Below, one piece after another: positions 14,230-29,200 of a stretch of DNA of 64,000 nucleotides. The notes beneath the pieces are model-generated. The model had not been told where the DNA came from. It saw only the letters and a program-made list of their open reading frames with translations, and made no database searches. Both the position numbers and the translations under genes were made by a program. The stretch's first letter is position 1; each line of letters begins with the position of its first letter. The stretch lies in NCBI GenBank assembly GCA_016748015.1, contig JAAOMT010000678.1, positions 352,389 through 416,388 on the forward strand. Reading direction: 5' to 3'. This DNA comes from Geosiphon pyriformis uo1 (taxonomy: Eukaryota; Fungi; Glomeromycota).

Positions 14230-15632
14230 TTGTTCTATTATAATTATTGGTTCTAAATTTTAGAGAATATCTTTAGGATTAATTAAAGAGGACTGTGTAC
14301 TAATTTGTAGAATTAATGGTTCAGAAATGTTTTTGAAATGATAATGTTTCAATTGATTTTCATGTGCAACTTTTGCTAATATTTTGTGATCAAGTCTTAA
14401 TTTGTATGATCCATTGCTTAAAATTTCGTGAATATAAAATAGTCCATCACATTTATGTTCAAATTTTCCACTTTATTGTTTTTCAGCCTTAGTTCTGTGT
14501 AAGAAAACTTTATTTCCAACTTTAAATTTGTTGGTAACTGGTAATAGTTTGTTATCATGCCTTTCTTTTTGTAGGACTTGAGAGTGTTCAATATAAGAAA
14601 CTACTATGTGTTTTTTTTCTTCTAATATATTAAAAAAAGTATAGGCTCTTTTTTGGAGTGTTTTTTAAAAGTTTTCTTTATTGATTGGTTGCACTGGATA
14701 TGTTTCTACTGTGAAATTAATTGGTAATGTTGCTGTCCTTCCATAAATAAGATCAAATAGTGTGTGTTTCATAGTATCTTGTTTTAGTATTCTGTATGCT
14801 AGTAACACTGATGGAATAAATATATCCCATTCTTGCTCAGAATCTGTTGAGACTTTGGCTAAAGATTCACATAATGTTCTGTTGAAATGTTCTACAAGTC
14901 CATTTGTTTGAGAGTAATAAGATAATGATAAAAATCTTTTAATATTGAATTGTTCACAAATTTCTTGTATTAAGTTGTTCACAAAATGTGTTTTTTGATC
15001 AGATAAAAGTTCAATTGGGCATTTATGTCTACAAATAATGTCTTCATAAATGAAATTTGCTACTGATTTTGCATTTGCTCTTTGAATGGTTCTAGCTTTA
15101 AGCCATTTAATAAGATAATCTACTACAACTGTAATATAATGATTTTTTTGGGTTGTAATAGATAATGATTCGACTAAATTAATTCCAACTCTGTTAAAAA
15201 GTTGTTCAACTTTGATTGGATTTAAAGATTTTGTGGGGCAAGTTTCTTCTTTTTTTTGACAATTATCACAAAATTCTACATATTGTTGAATGTTTTTTTG
15301 CATGTAAGGCCAAAAATAATGTTCAAGAGTTTTTTGAATTGTTCTATCTCTTTCTAAGTATGCTAAAAAAAAATCTGTATACATGTTGTATAGAATTGTT
15401 TCTTTTTTATTTTCCTGTATTAATCTGAGTGATTGATTTAGGTTTCTGTGATTTTTGTAATAAATTTTGTTATGATATATGAAATATTGTTTAAATTGGT
15501 GTTGTAATCAATGTTTTTTACTTGGAGACCAATTTTTTGGCATGGTAAGAGTCTCCAAATAGTTTTTAATGTTGTTGTAATTTTTGGGATTTATTGTTGT
15601 TTGGTTATTTTGTTAGTAGATTGGTAAGTCAT
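14230..15632 (-). pseudogene. Stand-alone integrase ORF of B1
   Basis: ATG at 15632, 19 nt after the RNase H stop. Motifs YFWP..CDNCQ, LLSDQ and NGLVEHFNRTL. The left boundary is approximate. Confidence 0.85.
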
Positions 15633-18600
15633 AGTGAATTTGTTGTTGGTGTTAATCTTGTCTCATTCTTGAAAGACTATTAACATTGGTGTGTAGTTTT
15701 CTTGGTTTGTAATATACAATATATTTGTATTCTGCTAGAAAGTTATTTTATTAAGACTGTTTGATACTTTGTTCAGTTTTCTTTTTATTGAACCATTTGA
15801 AGCCAATATTGTCAATTATGATGTCAAATTCTTTTTTATTTTTCAAATATTGTTGAAAATGTTTAATAGCCCAAATAACTACAGCAGCTTCTAATTCAGT
15901 TGAGCCATATTTGAGTTCTGTTAGCTTGAGTGTTCTACTAGCATAGGCAATGACTTGTTCCTGGCTATTTTTATCCAATTGTGATAGAATGGCACCAAAA
16001 ACTATATGTGAAACATTAGTGGCTAGTTGGAACTGTTTGTTGAAGTCTGGATAAGCAAAAATTGGGGCTGTTGTCAATTTTGTTTTGAGAGTTTCAAAAG
16101 CTTTTTGTTGTTTTTCAGTCTATTTGTATGGTACATTTTTGTTGGTAAGATAATTAAGTGGTTTGGCAATTTTTGAGAATTTTTTTATGAATTTTTGATA
16201 GTAAGAGGTTAATCTTACAAATTCTTGTAACTTTGTAATATTTTTAGAAGTTTGAAAGTTTTTGACAGCACTGATTGTTCCAGGATTTGGTTTAACTCCA
16301 TCTTTACTGACAATGTATTCAAGAAAATTTAAGCTTGTTTTTCTAAAGTGACATTTTTCAATATTCAATTTTAATTCTGCTTTCCATAATCATTAAAAAA
16401 CTTCTCACAAGTAGATAAGATGGGCTTCAAAGCTTGGTGAATATACATCAGTATTATCAAAATAGACAACTATTAATTGCTATAAAAATTCTTTATATAC
16501 AATATTCATAAGTTACTGGAATATTGCTGGTGCATTACAGAGTCCAAAAGGCATAACATTAAACTCATAATTTCTTCCTTGGGTGGTAAATGCTGTTTTG
16601 GGTTGATTTTTTGGGTTCATTTCGACTTGTCAGTATTTACTTTCCAAGTTTAAAGTTAAGAAGAACTTGGCTTTTCTTAGAGCATCTAGCATGTTATTAA
16701 TTCTTAGAAAAAGGTAGGCATTTCCAATTGTCACATTGTTTAGTTAGTAATAGTTAACACAAAATCTAATATTTCCATTTTTTTTTAATAAGAACTACTA
16801 GTGAGACCCAAGGACTTCTTAATAGTTGAATCAATTCATTATTGAGCATTTTCTGAACTTTTTTTCTGATGAATTGGTGGCTGACAGGTGGCACTCAATA
16901 AGCTTGTTGATGTTTTGGTAGAGCATCTCTTGTGTGGATTTAATGTTGAACAATATCAGTTTTTCTAAGATCATTGTTGTTTTTTGCAAATATGTCAGCA
17001 AATTCAGCTATTAACTGTTTCAATTGTTTTTGTTGTTGAGGTTTTAAGGGACTCATGTTGATTTGAGAAAGTTTTTCTTCCAAAAGATGGTAGTTTTCAG
17101 TAGTAGCAATGATGTTTGAATTGGAAAGTAGAATATGTTTTACAATTTCGATGAAATTAGAAACAATTTGAGGGTTTTTATCCTGAAAGATATTACTATA
17201 TATAATTTCAATTTTTAATTTATTTAATAGAACAATAAGGTAGTTGTTGGGATTGTAAAATATAACTCAAAATTTTTTCATTCTTTTAGAAATATAAACA
17301 TTTGGGATTGAGATTTAATGCTTTAAACAAATTTGTTTATTGAATTCAAAGATTTGTTGAGTAGTAGTGAGTTTTGAGCAAGTGTAAATTTTGTGATGTT
17401 TTCCAAAAAGTAAAATAGTAATTGGTTGGAGAAGTTGAAAAATCTGGTGAAATTCATTTTGTGTATTGAGAGCTATGTTTACTAGAACTGTAAATCGTTC
17501 AATTAAACCAAAATCTTGAGTTTCTCTATCACTTTTTCCCAATTGTTTTCTGTTGTTAACTGATTGTAAATCCGAAATTTTAATTAAAAATAGGTAAATT
17601 GCTTGGGCAATCTTTTCAGCATGTTCAATCCTAAATGGTTTGTTTGTTTCATTCTGTAACATGATGGTAATGTCTTCAGTATATCCTGTATCTATAACTC
17701 CTCCTCTAATATTGATTTCTTTGTTTGTCAATGATAATCAAGAAACAATTTGTACCATTGCTCCTGGTGGTATTTCAAAAGCAATTTTAAGGTTGATTTT
17801 GGTTAAGAATTTTGGTTAAGGATTTTGGTTAAAGAACCAAAGTGTTTTTGCCAAGATATCTAAGGTCATATTTTGCATCAATTTTATGGGCTTTTTCTGG
17901 TTTCATTCTTTGTCTATTGTTGTCAAAGTATTTAAGTTGTATAGCAGGCTGGTTTTTAGTAAGATAGATTGGTGTTGTTGTGATTTCTTCTTTTGTTTCA
18001 GATTTCCCAAATTTAATTTCTTTCTGGTTATTTTTACTGGGCAGAAGAATGCTAAGAGCATAGCATTCTGAACACCATTTGTCATTACAAGGCATGATGT
18101 ATTCTTCACACAATTGAATGTTTATTTGCTCTAATTATTGAATTTGAGCTTTTTGGGTTGGGTATGTGTGGCTTGCAATTTGGTGATATGTCTCTATTTC
18201 ATCTTTATAGTTGAATCCAGCTAATTCCATTGTGTATTCAATGTACTCAGCTTCTTTCATTTGTTGGATATCTTTCTGTGTGGCTCTATTAATTAAAGCC
18301 ATTGCTAAATCAAAGATTATTTTAGCATTATAAAAATAGTGATAGAGTTTGTTAAAAGCACTGTTGTATGCTGCATCAAAAGATGTTCCTCTTTTAATTT
18401 TTTTCGAAATTAATAAGGCATATTGGCAGGTTTGATCACATACTCCTCCTCTTATTGCAATATCAATCCAGTTGCATTCTTCTGGTAACATATTTTCACA
18501 TGTAAAACAAGAAGTGTTGTCCTATTTTCCACTTTTTTTGGAATATTTAAACTGTTCCCTATGACATGCTTTACAGTAGTAATAGGTGCAAAGTTTTATA

Positions 18601-21321
18601 TTCTTCTTCTGGAGAAATATATGCTCCCATTAATAAAAGTTTTTTGTTGTAATCTTTGTATTTAAGTGGGATGTAGAGTGGTTGTTTCCATGGTTCTGGT
18701 GTAGAATATCTAACTACATTCCATCTTTTGGTCTCCTCAAAGATTTCTTGTTCTGTTTCTTCAGCCCAATTGGATGGTGATCTAAGAGCTATAAAGGTTT
18801 TAGTGATTGGTAGTTCTTTTTCCTCTTCAAATTCGAATACTGGGACTTCTTCAGATTTTTTATTAAAAGTACCACAGGTGGCAAGTACTTTAGTGTATTG
18901 TCCTTAGTATGAAATCTTCAATTCCTGGGTTTTCCAATCTAAATTTGCATTGGTCTTGAAAAGCCAATCATTTCTGACACAAGCTTGGTATTGGAGTGTA
19001 TTCATGACTAGAATTTTGACTAGAATGGTAATTTTATCAATGGTAAATAAGAAATTGTCAATTTCTCTTACTGGTGTCTTTTTTATATTATCTGCTATAA
19101 CAATTACAGTTTGGACTGGTCTGTTAACAGTTCTTTGAAGCTGTTGCATTAACTGGTAGATGATAATATTTCTAGTTAATCTACTGTCTAAGATTAACTG
19201 AATTGGTTTTTTTTTTATTTCAGTTTCTGTATACATAGTAGTAATTGCTTTTTGTTTATTGACTGCTGTATTGCTAAGCAAGAATGGTGATTTATTTGCT
19301 TCAAATTCGAATGGGAATATATCTGAAAGATTGGTATTTTGAGCAATTTGGACTGGTGGAATAGTATTATTGGAAGGGTTTGATCTTGGTGCTGCAACTT
19401 CACCTTCAAAAAATGCAGTTTGTTAAAAATTCGATTCTTCAGGCATTGTAAGATAACTGGGTTGAGTGTAATAGTGGTTGGGTCTTTGCTGACCAGAATT
19501 TTAGGAAACCAACTGGTTGTTTAGATTGATTCTGCTGTTATTATTATGAAACTAATTTTAAGATGTGAATTGGTTTTGTTGAACCAATCTTCAGGCAGGT
19601 ACTTAATATTGTTGTGTATGTGGCTGTTAATACTGTTGGATTGGTGAGAGTTGTTGATATTGTTGCTGTAAAGCAAATTAATAGTAATTGGTTTGCTGTT
19701 GGAGTCTTAAAAAATAGTAGGCTGGTGATAATGGCTGATAATGAGATTGCTGTGTTGAAAAGTAATGTTGATTAATTCTGTTTTGTTGGTCTCTTTGTAG
19801 CTTTCTGTAATCTCATTTCCAATGTTCTGGAATCCCACAATAATGACAACTTTGGTTTTGACTGTTTGATAATAATAAGTAGTTGGTTTGGTTTTGTTGT
19901 TGTGGTGGCTAATATCTTTGTGATTGTTGCTATTGTTGCTGGTTAGTGAAATAGTTTTCAAACTTCTTTGTAAGTTAGTTAATTTTTTCTTCAGCTGTTG
20001 AACTGGTTTTTTCAATAGCAAGATTCACAAGTTTGGTATAATCTGCTTCTTCTATTGTCATTTTATAGTTTTTTGCATGTCTAATGGCTGTTGCTAAGTC
20101 TTCTGGAGCATGTGGGTGAACTTTTTTGATTAACTTGTCTTTCAATTCTGTTATAAACTGATCCATAATCTGGGTATTGGAATAGTATTCATTGGTTTCC
20201 AATTGTTAAATTCATCAAAAAAGTTTGTTGAATCTTCCAAGATAGGTTATGACAGTTTCAGATATTTCTTGTTTGATATTGCAAAAGTGATTGTGGAGAG
20301 TAATAGATGTGTTGTTATTGGTGAATTGTTGTAAGAAAACATCTTTGAATGCTTGCTAGTTTTCAAATAGTTCTTTTAAGTTTTTAAATTATTCTCTTGT
20401 AGTTCTTTAAAAAAAGTATGAGATTGCTTTGAGCATTTTTGCTGTATTTCAACCATTTGTATCTCCTGTTTTTTGAACTTTGTCAAGTCATTTTTGAGAG
20501 CTGGTATCATTATCTTTACCAGTAAATTCTGGAATTTTTGCAATATAAGCAGTTATCATTTTTTTTTTGTTTTTTGTAATTTCTTCTAGTTTTAATTCAG
20601 TTTCTTTACTTTCTAAGTTTTCTGAATAATTACTTTTGTTTTCCTGTAAGTAATCAAAAAGATTGGTGCTGGTTGATATTGGTTTTTGCTATTGAGTAGG
20701 ATTTTTAGGTGACTGAAAATTTTCTGGTCTGGAGAAGTGGTTAAGTGATGAATTTGGTATTTGTGATTAAGCAAGTGAAATTGAAAATAGTGTAATAGAA
20801 AGTAGTAATTTGATACTGGTTCCTTGTTCAGATATTTGTAAGTTTTTGGTAGTTGTTTTTGGTGTTTTTGGAGTATTTGGGGTAGTACTTGAGTGTTGTT
20901 TCAGTTTTTGTTTGTCTTTGTTGCTTGTTTCTGTCTCTGATTCAAAGTCAATAGAGTATTTAAACTGTACTGGATATGTTTCTTTGCAATACTTGATAAT
21001 ATTAAAATTAAGTTTTTGAAAGTAAGTGGCAAGTATTTTACTGTTAAGGTTTTTAGTTCCCAATTGTGAATAGTGTATTAAATTATTGTAGAAGTTGCTT
21101 CTAACTTCTAAAATATTGTAATTTCCAAAAAGATAATTGTTAATGCAGTTTTTAATATACTGGTAAAGTGTCTTTTTAACAATTTCAATTCCATCTGGAA
21201 TGTTGAATCTCAGTTTGCAATGGGTGTAAATTGACTGATAATACTCTAGAGTTGTTGTGTCTGGTGTGGTCACTATTTTGAAGTTGTTATTGCTGTATTA
21301 TTTCCATGAAAGAGCACCAAA

Positions 21322-22296
21322 TATTACCAGAAATTTTTGGTCTCTTTTTTTGGATATTGTTAATGTTGATTTGTTATGAATTTATATTTTCAGGAAGTAG
21401 TTGGACCTCCAGTAACTGAATTTATCTTCAAATTATCTCCTATAATTTGAACTGCTGGGTTTATAAGTAGAATGGCCAATTCTGTGCCAGTTATTTTGTG
21501 TAGTTATGTTGTAGTAAATGTTAACTTTTTCCCAAAAATTGCTTGTCTGGAAGCTCACTAAAAATGTGTAGTTACTTTGCTGTGAAAGTCAACTTTTCTA
21601 CAGGAATCTCATCTGTAGGCTATCCTAATAATTATAATAAGAAAATAAAAGGAATGTAAAAGAAATGTAATTTTATCAAAAGAAGTGTTTTTTGTCCAGG
21701 CCTGGAATCACTAACAGATTACTGAAATTGGTAGCTAATCAATTTCAAAATGTTAGTTGTGTTGAGAGAATTTCAAGTGTAATAATTTAAAGAATTTGTT
21801 TTTCGAATAGTTAATTTTTATTTGAGATATATAAAAGGTAATTTGTTCTAATTAAGATATCTAAAGTAAGATACTATGGTAAGATACTATGAGAAGATAT
21901 TATGAGAAAATACATTTTCTTGGAGAAAAAAGCTCTTTTTTTATACAACTTGTTGTAGTACTAATCTTTGAATTTGCATTTTTTTTTTTGCTACAATTTG
22001 GGTAAACTAATGATACATTTTGGTAAATTACAAGTTATTTCACTGAAATATTGATTATTTTGGCCAATTTTCATTAATTTCGGCAAATTTTGACTATGTT
22101 AAATGGTTCAGAGTATTGTGTAATTTAATCATCTTAACTTCTATAGTACAAATCGGATTATTGCTTGAGTAATAATATTTGATAATTTGATTAACTAATA
22201 AGTAATAATCAAAATAATAATAATATATGCTAATTAATAATAGAAATTATGAAAATAACTTCATGCTAATTAATAGCTAAAATTCTACTGGTAACA
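21322..22296 (-). repeat. 5' LTR of B1 (975 bp)
   Basis: TATTAC (decayed TGTTAC)...GTAACA ends; homologous to 32975-33965; PBS at 21304-21319. Confidence 0.92.
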
Positions 22297-25200
22297 ACAT
22301 GATGCCAAAGTGTTGGTTACACCAGCTAGAAAGCAGTTCACAAGATTGATTAACAACATAGTTGGAAAACTAAAAGATTGCCAGGACATTTAACTGACAG
22401 CCTGCAAACTCATGGCTCTATGTTTGAATAATCTGCTAAGAATGCTTTTTGAATTGGCAAAATTCACCAAATTTACTACAGAGTTTTCAGCCAGCACTTG
22501 TCTAAAAGATTTTAAATCATACAATTCAGAATAAAAAATAACTTTAATAAAAAAGTCAATAGGCAAATTGGCCTTTAGCTTAAGTTCTTTTTTTAGCAAC
22601 CTGTTCTATTTTTTACAAACATCTGCAGAAACATGACTAAATTGTAATCTGTAACTAACTATTAGTTGCAAAACAGTGGACACCAAATACAAAAATTGCT
22701 TGTCAGACACAGCTTTTTTCAAAACCAAATTCACAAAAAACTTAACATTAGACTAAGCTTTAGCAAGACTGGATTTTGAAAAACCATTAATGAACAAAAA
22801 GATATCCAAGTATCTGTGAGATTCACTCTTTTTTACAATTGAGATGTAAGATCCACTTATTAGCAGCCAAGAAATTTCTACTTTTGGGTTGATAGATATG
22901 GCTACCATCTTATCTGTATTGATCAAAATATCATTGATATGAAAAAACTCACTAGCCAAGTTGAAAATACACTAAGTGATAGACATACTATTTCCAACCC
23001 AAATAGTATCATCCATAAAGACTTCTGCTGCAAGATATAAAGTCAAACCACTTCTATAATTTTGCTTGCCAGTATATGTAAAGAACTTAGAATCTAACCT
23101 ATATCTATATAAATTTTCATGTTTCTTAGCTTCACAAAGCAGCAGATCATAAAAAATTCTCCACAACAAAGATAAGAATACTTCACCCTAATCTAGACCA
23201 TCATAAACAGTATATTTATCAATGAGCCCAAAGTCTGTCATTACATGATTAAACCACTTATTGTATATAGTCTCAAAAAACTTAATAAAGCAAAGACATA
23301 TTTTAATCCTAATTAGACTGTTTTTTAAATGGGGCCAACCAACAAAATCATATGTCTTGTACATATTTTGTAGCACAAGCCACAGCTTATAGTCTTTTTC
23401 TAATACATCTTCAATGACAGAACTAACAGCAAAAATAAGAGATTGAGTAAATATGTTTTTTAATACTGAAAAGTTGTCATTACACAAAACATCAAATTCA
23501 CTACAAGCCAAAAAGATCCTATCTGAGAGAATCTTAAACAGTATTTTATGTGCCATTTCAATTAAAGCTATTGGTCTAGTGTTTGTTAGGATTTCTTCCT
23601 AATTATAAGGCTTTGGTATTATGGAAACTCAAGTTCTTTTCTATTGTTCAGAAACAGCATTTAGTGATAAACACCCATTTAAAATGTCTAACAAACCACC
23701 CAAAATCTGCTCATCTCCATTTTTCCAGAGCTTATTTAGAATACCAAATAAACCAGCAGTTTTCCCATTAGACAAGGTTTTAACAACCTGCAAAAATTTG
23801 TTAAACTTAATTTTATACATAATGCCAGAAAAAATCTTGTTATCAAAATGATTTAAAAGAGCATATTGATCATGCCAATAACTAAACAAAGTATTTGACA
23901 CCACTTGCTTTCTTGTCCAACCTTTCATAATAATATTAATTAAGAACTTAACCAGCTGTGGCTTCAGAACCAACTCATTCTCAACCACTAAATGATCAAG
24001 CACTATCTTCCAAAATGGTCAGTCCAAGATACTTTTAATTATTTTACCCTTATCAGAACAAAAATTCTCCATGTATTTTTCAATAGATCTTTGGATAAAA
24101 TCATTTCAGGCAGATCTGGACTCAAAATATTTGGATTTGCAGTATCACTTCTTAACACTTGATAAATAACACAAAATCTTCCTTAAACTAACACCAGCAC
24201 ATAACATAGAACAAACTTTAACAGCCTTTCTCTCATTAATGACAGCCCAGACATTGATTAAATAACCAGTTTCCAAATCTTGATTCAAACTAACACTCTT
24301 TATTAGTTTGGCCACTATCAATTCCAGTTTGAAAAACTTCAAAGACTGCACATTTTTTGAATCATTGAATTCAGAAAACCACAGTTTAGAAAACACATTA
24401 TCAACAGAACTGACTATCACTTCTCTGAGAATTTTTCACATTGAATCCAAGTTACCACTACTCTTGACACCATTAAAATCCACTTTTTGCCTACAAACAG
24501 CCTCAAAAAGCACTCTTTAAAACGTAATCATTTATTGTTATCAGCACTTTTGATCAAGAACTTCCATCTATCTCTATTAGCTTGTTTGCATATACTGTTG
24601 AGGTGAATATCTAGAAGACCACCCAGACCAGCAGCAATTGAAACCACTTTGTAATTAGTGTCAAAAAACTCAAAAGTGGGATAGATACTGTGATTAACAA
24701 CAGCAGATGCCAGATTTTGGCTTATGAAAATAAAATCAATGACTTTCTTACTGCTTTTAGAATTGCTCTAAATAGGTGTCGTAACTAAAAAATGTCCATG
24801 GAACAAGTTAACCAACTCCAAATCTACACAAAACTTGAAACTAGCACTTCTCTTTGTACTGTCTTTATTGAAATTCTCACACAATACTTCAAAAGTGCTG
24901 GAATTGACTGTTTTGGGAATAAATAAGTTGATAACAGTTGCTTGACCAAATCTTGCTTCAGCAGAAGCACCAACATATAAATCCAAAACTGTAATTGACA
25001 ATTTGCTCTTAAACAGAAGCTTGACTGAAATAATTCTACCAAAAATCTCTTCTATCTTTAAAACATGTTGAGCCAAAAAATTGTCCATAATTATGACAAT
25101 CTTAACACCAAGAAAATTTACATCTAATCCAGACATAAAAATTCAAACTCTATTAAACTTATGTATAATTTAAGACCTAATGTTTGATCTCAATTTTGTC

Positions 25201-25323
25201 TTTGTAATAATAAATACCAAATTACCTAACTTTTTGTGTCAACAAATATTGTCTTCCTGTTTTGTAAGAATATTAATACTCTGAACATTACACATAACAA
25301 ATCTCTATACCAGATTTATCATT
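22297..25323 (-). pseudogene. LINE ORF2 (APE endonuclease + reverse transcriptase), decayed and interrupted by B1
   Basis: Start MINLV*RFVMCNVQSIN..KQED (APE motif CNVRG). RT motifs QNMYKTYDFV (DMxKAYDSV), DGLD*G..LLWRIFYDLLL and FMDDTIWVG. Confidence 0.88.
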
Positions 25324-25408
25324 AAGAAGTATGAGTAAAAAAAGTCAAACCAGCATTGTCCATTTTGGCTAACAGGTCTATAACTGTAATCAATAAACTG
25401 TTTACTAT

Positions 25409-26282
25409 TGTTACTTATAGAATATAGGAAGTATATTAGCATATAAATTAGCCAATCAGAAGTAGCCATAGTAAATGTAGAATTCCAGAATTTTTCTCAG
25501 AAGAATTGTAGGATTCCAAGAATTTCAGAATTTTTATACAAAGAATTACAGGATTCCAGAATTCCAGAATTCCTTTTAAGAAAAATTGCAGGATTCCAGA
25601 AATTCCAGAATTCCTAGTATAAAGAATTGAAAAATTAAAAAATCTCAATTATGTATATATAGTGGTAATATTAGAAGTAGAAAAGACAGACCTCTTAGTT
25701 TAGATTTGATTTAAGCAATCTTTTTTTTTACAAATATCAATAAATAATTATTTACTATCTTAATCCATTCTCCACTATCAATACTTTATGTTGATAGTAA
25801 TTGATACTTAATCATATTGAACCAATAGCTCTTGATTATGGCTATTGACAGGATACTAATGTGCAAATTGCCTTGGCTTATGCTCTTATTTTCTTTATTT
25901 TTTTGTTTTACTTTCTTTGTTTTGCTAACTTAATTTAAAAAAATTCACATACAGAAGTACTAATATTAGAATATAGCATTGGTAAAAAACCCAGAAATAA
26001 AGGTAAACACTCAGATTTGAGAATAGCTTATTAGGAGATTGTTGGCCACTACACTGAGAAAAAAATTAATGGAATTGCAATTCTGGGAAGCAATGAACAA
26101 ACAACTACTTTAACCTGCAGGTTGACATTTGAAACATCATTAAAAAAAAACTTCATTAGAACCTCTGTTTATTATACAAAGAACTTTATCAAAATCTTTA
26201 AAAACCAACATTAGTATATTAATTGAGCATCAAGTTATGGGTTTGTTATTTGCTTTGAAACCCCAAATAAACACCTGGAACA
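25409..26282 (+). repeat. 5' LTR of A3 (874 bp)
   Basis: TGTTAC start and GGAACA end, followed by the PBS TTTAGTGCTTTCTGTAAGG. Confidence 0.92.
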
Positions 26283-29200
26283 TTTAGTGCTTTCTGTAAG
26301 GTATAATCTAACAGAGAACCAGCACCAACAAACAACTATCTGAAACAGTAACAGAATCTGAAGAAACAGGGACAAACCATTTGAGATTCACAAAATTCTT
26401 ATTCCAACACTATCACACTTATCTTGAATTAACAAATAATAGTTGGCCAACAGAATCAGTTTTTAACTATTACATCAACAAGAAAATAATATATTATTTG
26501 GGAGGCCAAAGAGATCCAGAATCTGCTTTTAACAATTTCTTCAATAAACTACTCCAAAGCACCACTTTTCTACAAAACTACTTATTTGCACCCCTAATTA
26601 CAGAAATAAACAGAGATTTCCTATCACTTTTGCTAACAAGGGAAAAAGAAGATTACAAACATCAGCAAAAACACCAAAACAAATCCAACTACTCACTTGG
26701 AAGAAACAAAAATTTGATTTACCTGCTAATTCATTATATTACTATATACCCAAAAGTACTATCAATATAATAAGTGTGACTACAGCAAATGTGACAACAC
26801 CACTAAACAGAATTCTGTTTTAAAGTAAACAAAAAAAAGCAGAGTTATTAAGAACATATGGCGATGATTTTAAGAAATTTAAATCATGATTTCTAACACC
26901 ATCAAAAATTCAATTACCACTACCACAACCAGATTTCAGAGCCATTAGTCCTTGGAAAATAACCAACTCCAAGAAAGAAGAAAATAGCGATTAAGAAATT
27001 AGCAAGCAAAACCCAATTCTAGAAAATTCAGAAACCAAAACTCCAGTTAATCAAACTCTAAAAAATCAGAACAATTCAAACTCCAACACTATTACTCAGA
27101 AAAACTTATCTCCAGTAATTGTGATTAATCCACTACCAGCCTCACTAATCAATGAACAGCAACAGCCACAACCACCACCTCAGCAATAACTATAACAATA
27201 ACCACAACTGCAACAACAACTACCATTAGTACTAATGGCATATGTACCCATTGCCAAAATTGAAAAATTCACCAGCAAAGAGAACAACACCCAAATGTGA
27301 TTGAACAATGTGAAAAAAGCTATCACAGCCAACAGATGAAATAATGCAAGAGCCATGCAAGCCATTTCATACTTCCTCTAAGATACTGCTGATTTGTAAT
27401 ATCAGAGCTTGGTCAACAAACCTCAGGATTTCAACACATTCAAGCTTGAGTTCTTAAGATATTTTAGCAACAATAACAGTATTAATCACTTAGCCAATAC
27501 CTTTACCACCATCAAGCAAGGAAAAACTAAAGCAGTCACTACTTATTTAGGACACTTTTATAGAAACTTGTGCCAAATACAAGTGATTGACACAAATTAT
27601 TTTACAGCACCACAGATTCTGAACCAGTTTATCTATAGATTATGCAGTAGCATCCTCTAGTACATATGTCTAATACACTCACAAACTCTTCAAGATACAG
27701 TTACCAATGCAAGAGATTTTAAATTCACCAAACTTAAAGCAAATTATGCCCAAGCTGTCAATCTAGTAATAAATAGATTATCTAAATTGGATTCTAAATT
27801 GAAACAATTCAGTGATTCAATTAATCAAAAACTAAAAAAATACTTAGCTAATAATAATCAGACCATATATTAACTATCAAAACATTGCGACAATCTTAAA
27901 AACATTAATCAGCAACAATATTAGTCATGTCTTGTGACAACACGATTATTGTGGCAGTAAGAAACACATATTTGCCACAATTATAGTAAACAAAAACACA
28001 TCAGGATTAACTGCCACATTAGAATTAATAATCAACAATTGGGAAATCAATATTGAAACCCCGATTACTGATTACAAACTCCAAATCAATACTCAAATTA
28101 GGATCAATACTTACCTCATTACACCCAAATAACACAACAGCCAATTTATTAACCATTAGTATATCAAGCTCCAATTTATTAGCTGACAACATCTGTTATT
28201 TACCAGCCACAGCCACAAGTAATATACCAGCCTCAACAAATTTAAACACCACCACAAAACTTATCTTAAACCAGAACACAAAGGCTGAGAATAACACAAC
28301 AAAACTAAAGATTGGCAATAGTTGTTTATTAACCAATTCCCAGCTTTTCCACCCAACAATTAGAATCACACTCTCAGAATTTGGAAATTAGATATGCCCA
28401 AAACCCAAATACCCAACACTATTTAAGTCTTCTGATTACTCCAGAAGATGCCTTATCCAACAACTAAGAATTCAACCAAAACAAATCACTTACTAGCAAC
28501 ATACCTCCAGCCATTGTAACCAATAATAAATTACTAGCAGCAATTTTCCCATTTGAATTCAAGAAACCATTACAAACACTATTGTTCAGTGGAGCTGTAC
28601 TTGAAAAAAAACCTATTACTGTTATGTACACTAATGCTAAAGTTGATGGTCAGGCCATAAAACTGATCCTAGATAGTAGTTTAGCAGACAGTATTATCAC
28701 ATGACAATTCATGGACCAATTAAGTCACCTAGTTAATTGTGCTGTTAGTGCCAGAATTATAACAGCCAATAGAGTGACCAAAACTCCAATTGGTAAGATT
28801 GATAACTTCCCTATAGAAGTTAATAGCATTATCATACCAATCAAGGTATTAGTTATGAAAACCACATAATACTAAGCATTCATTGGTAATAATTGGCTGT
28901 CCAAAACAAATGCAATGCTTGACTGGACCACCCAAGAATTGCAATTTAGTCAGAACAGACAATACACACAAGTACCAGCAATGTGTGATCATTTCAAATC
29001 CAGTAACAACATGCCAGCACCATTTATTGAGTTCAATGACAAAAAAGAAAAACCTATTTGGAAAGCATACCAAGTTTCCTGTGCTGATGCTAACCACAAC
29101 AAATTACTGCTGATACCATCATGAAATGACAAAGGAAAGGAAGAAAGAAAAGAAGAACCTACTTGGGAAACCAACCAAAGTTATTAGGATAATAACAAAC

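Larger units (their letters stand above)
12984..22296 (-). mobile_element. Ty3/Gypsy family B copy B1 (gag-PR-Cys-dUTPase-RT-RH / IN / ORF3)
   Basis: 5' LTR 21322-22296, PBS TGGTGCTCTTTCATGG, gag 19975-21273, protease 18904-19281, Cys domain 17829-18491, dUTPase 17315-17731, RT/RH 15751-16368, IN core 14665-15384, partial 3' LTR 12984-13441. Confidence 0.92.

Noticed and set aside
25478-25640. Heat-shock elements in the LTR-A U3 array
   Set aside because: TTCnnGAA dyads occur, but at 8-9-bp periodicity rather than as contiguous 5-bp alternating units.
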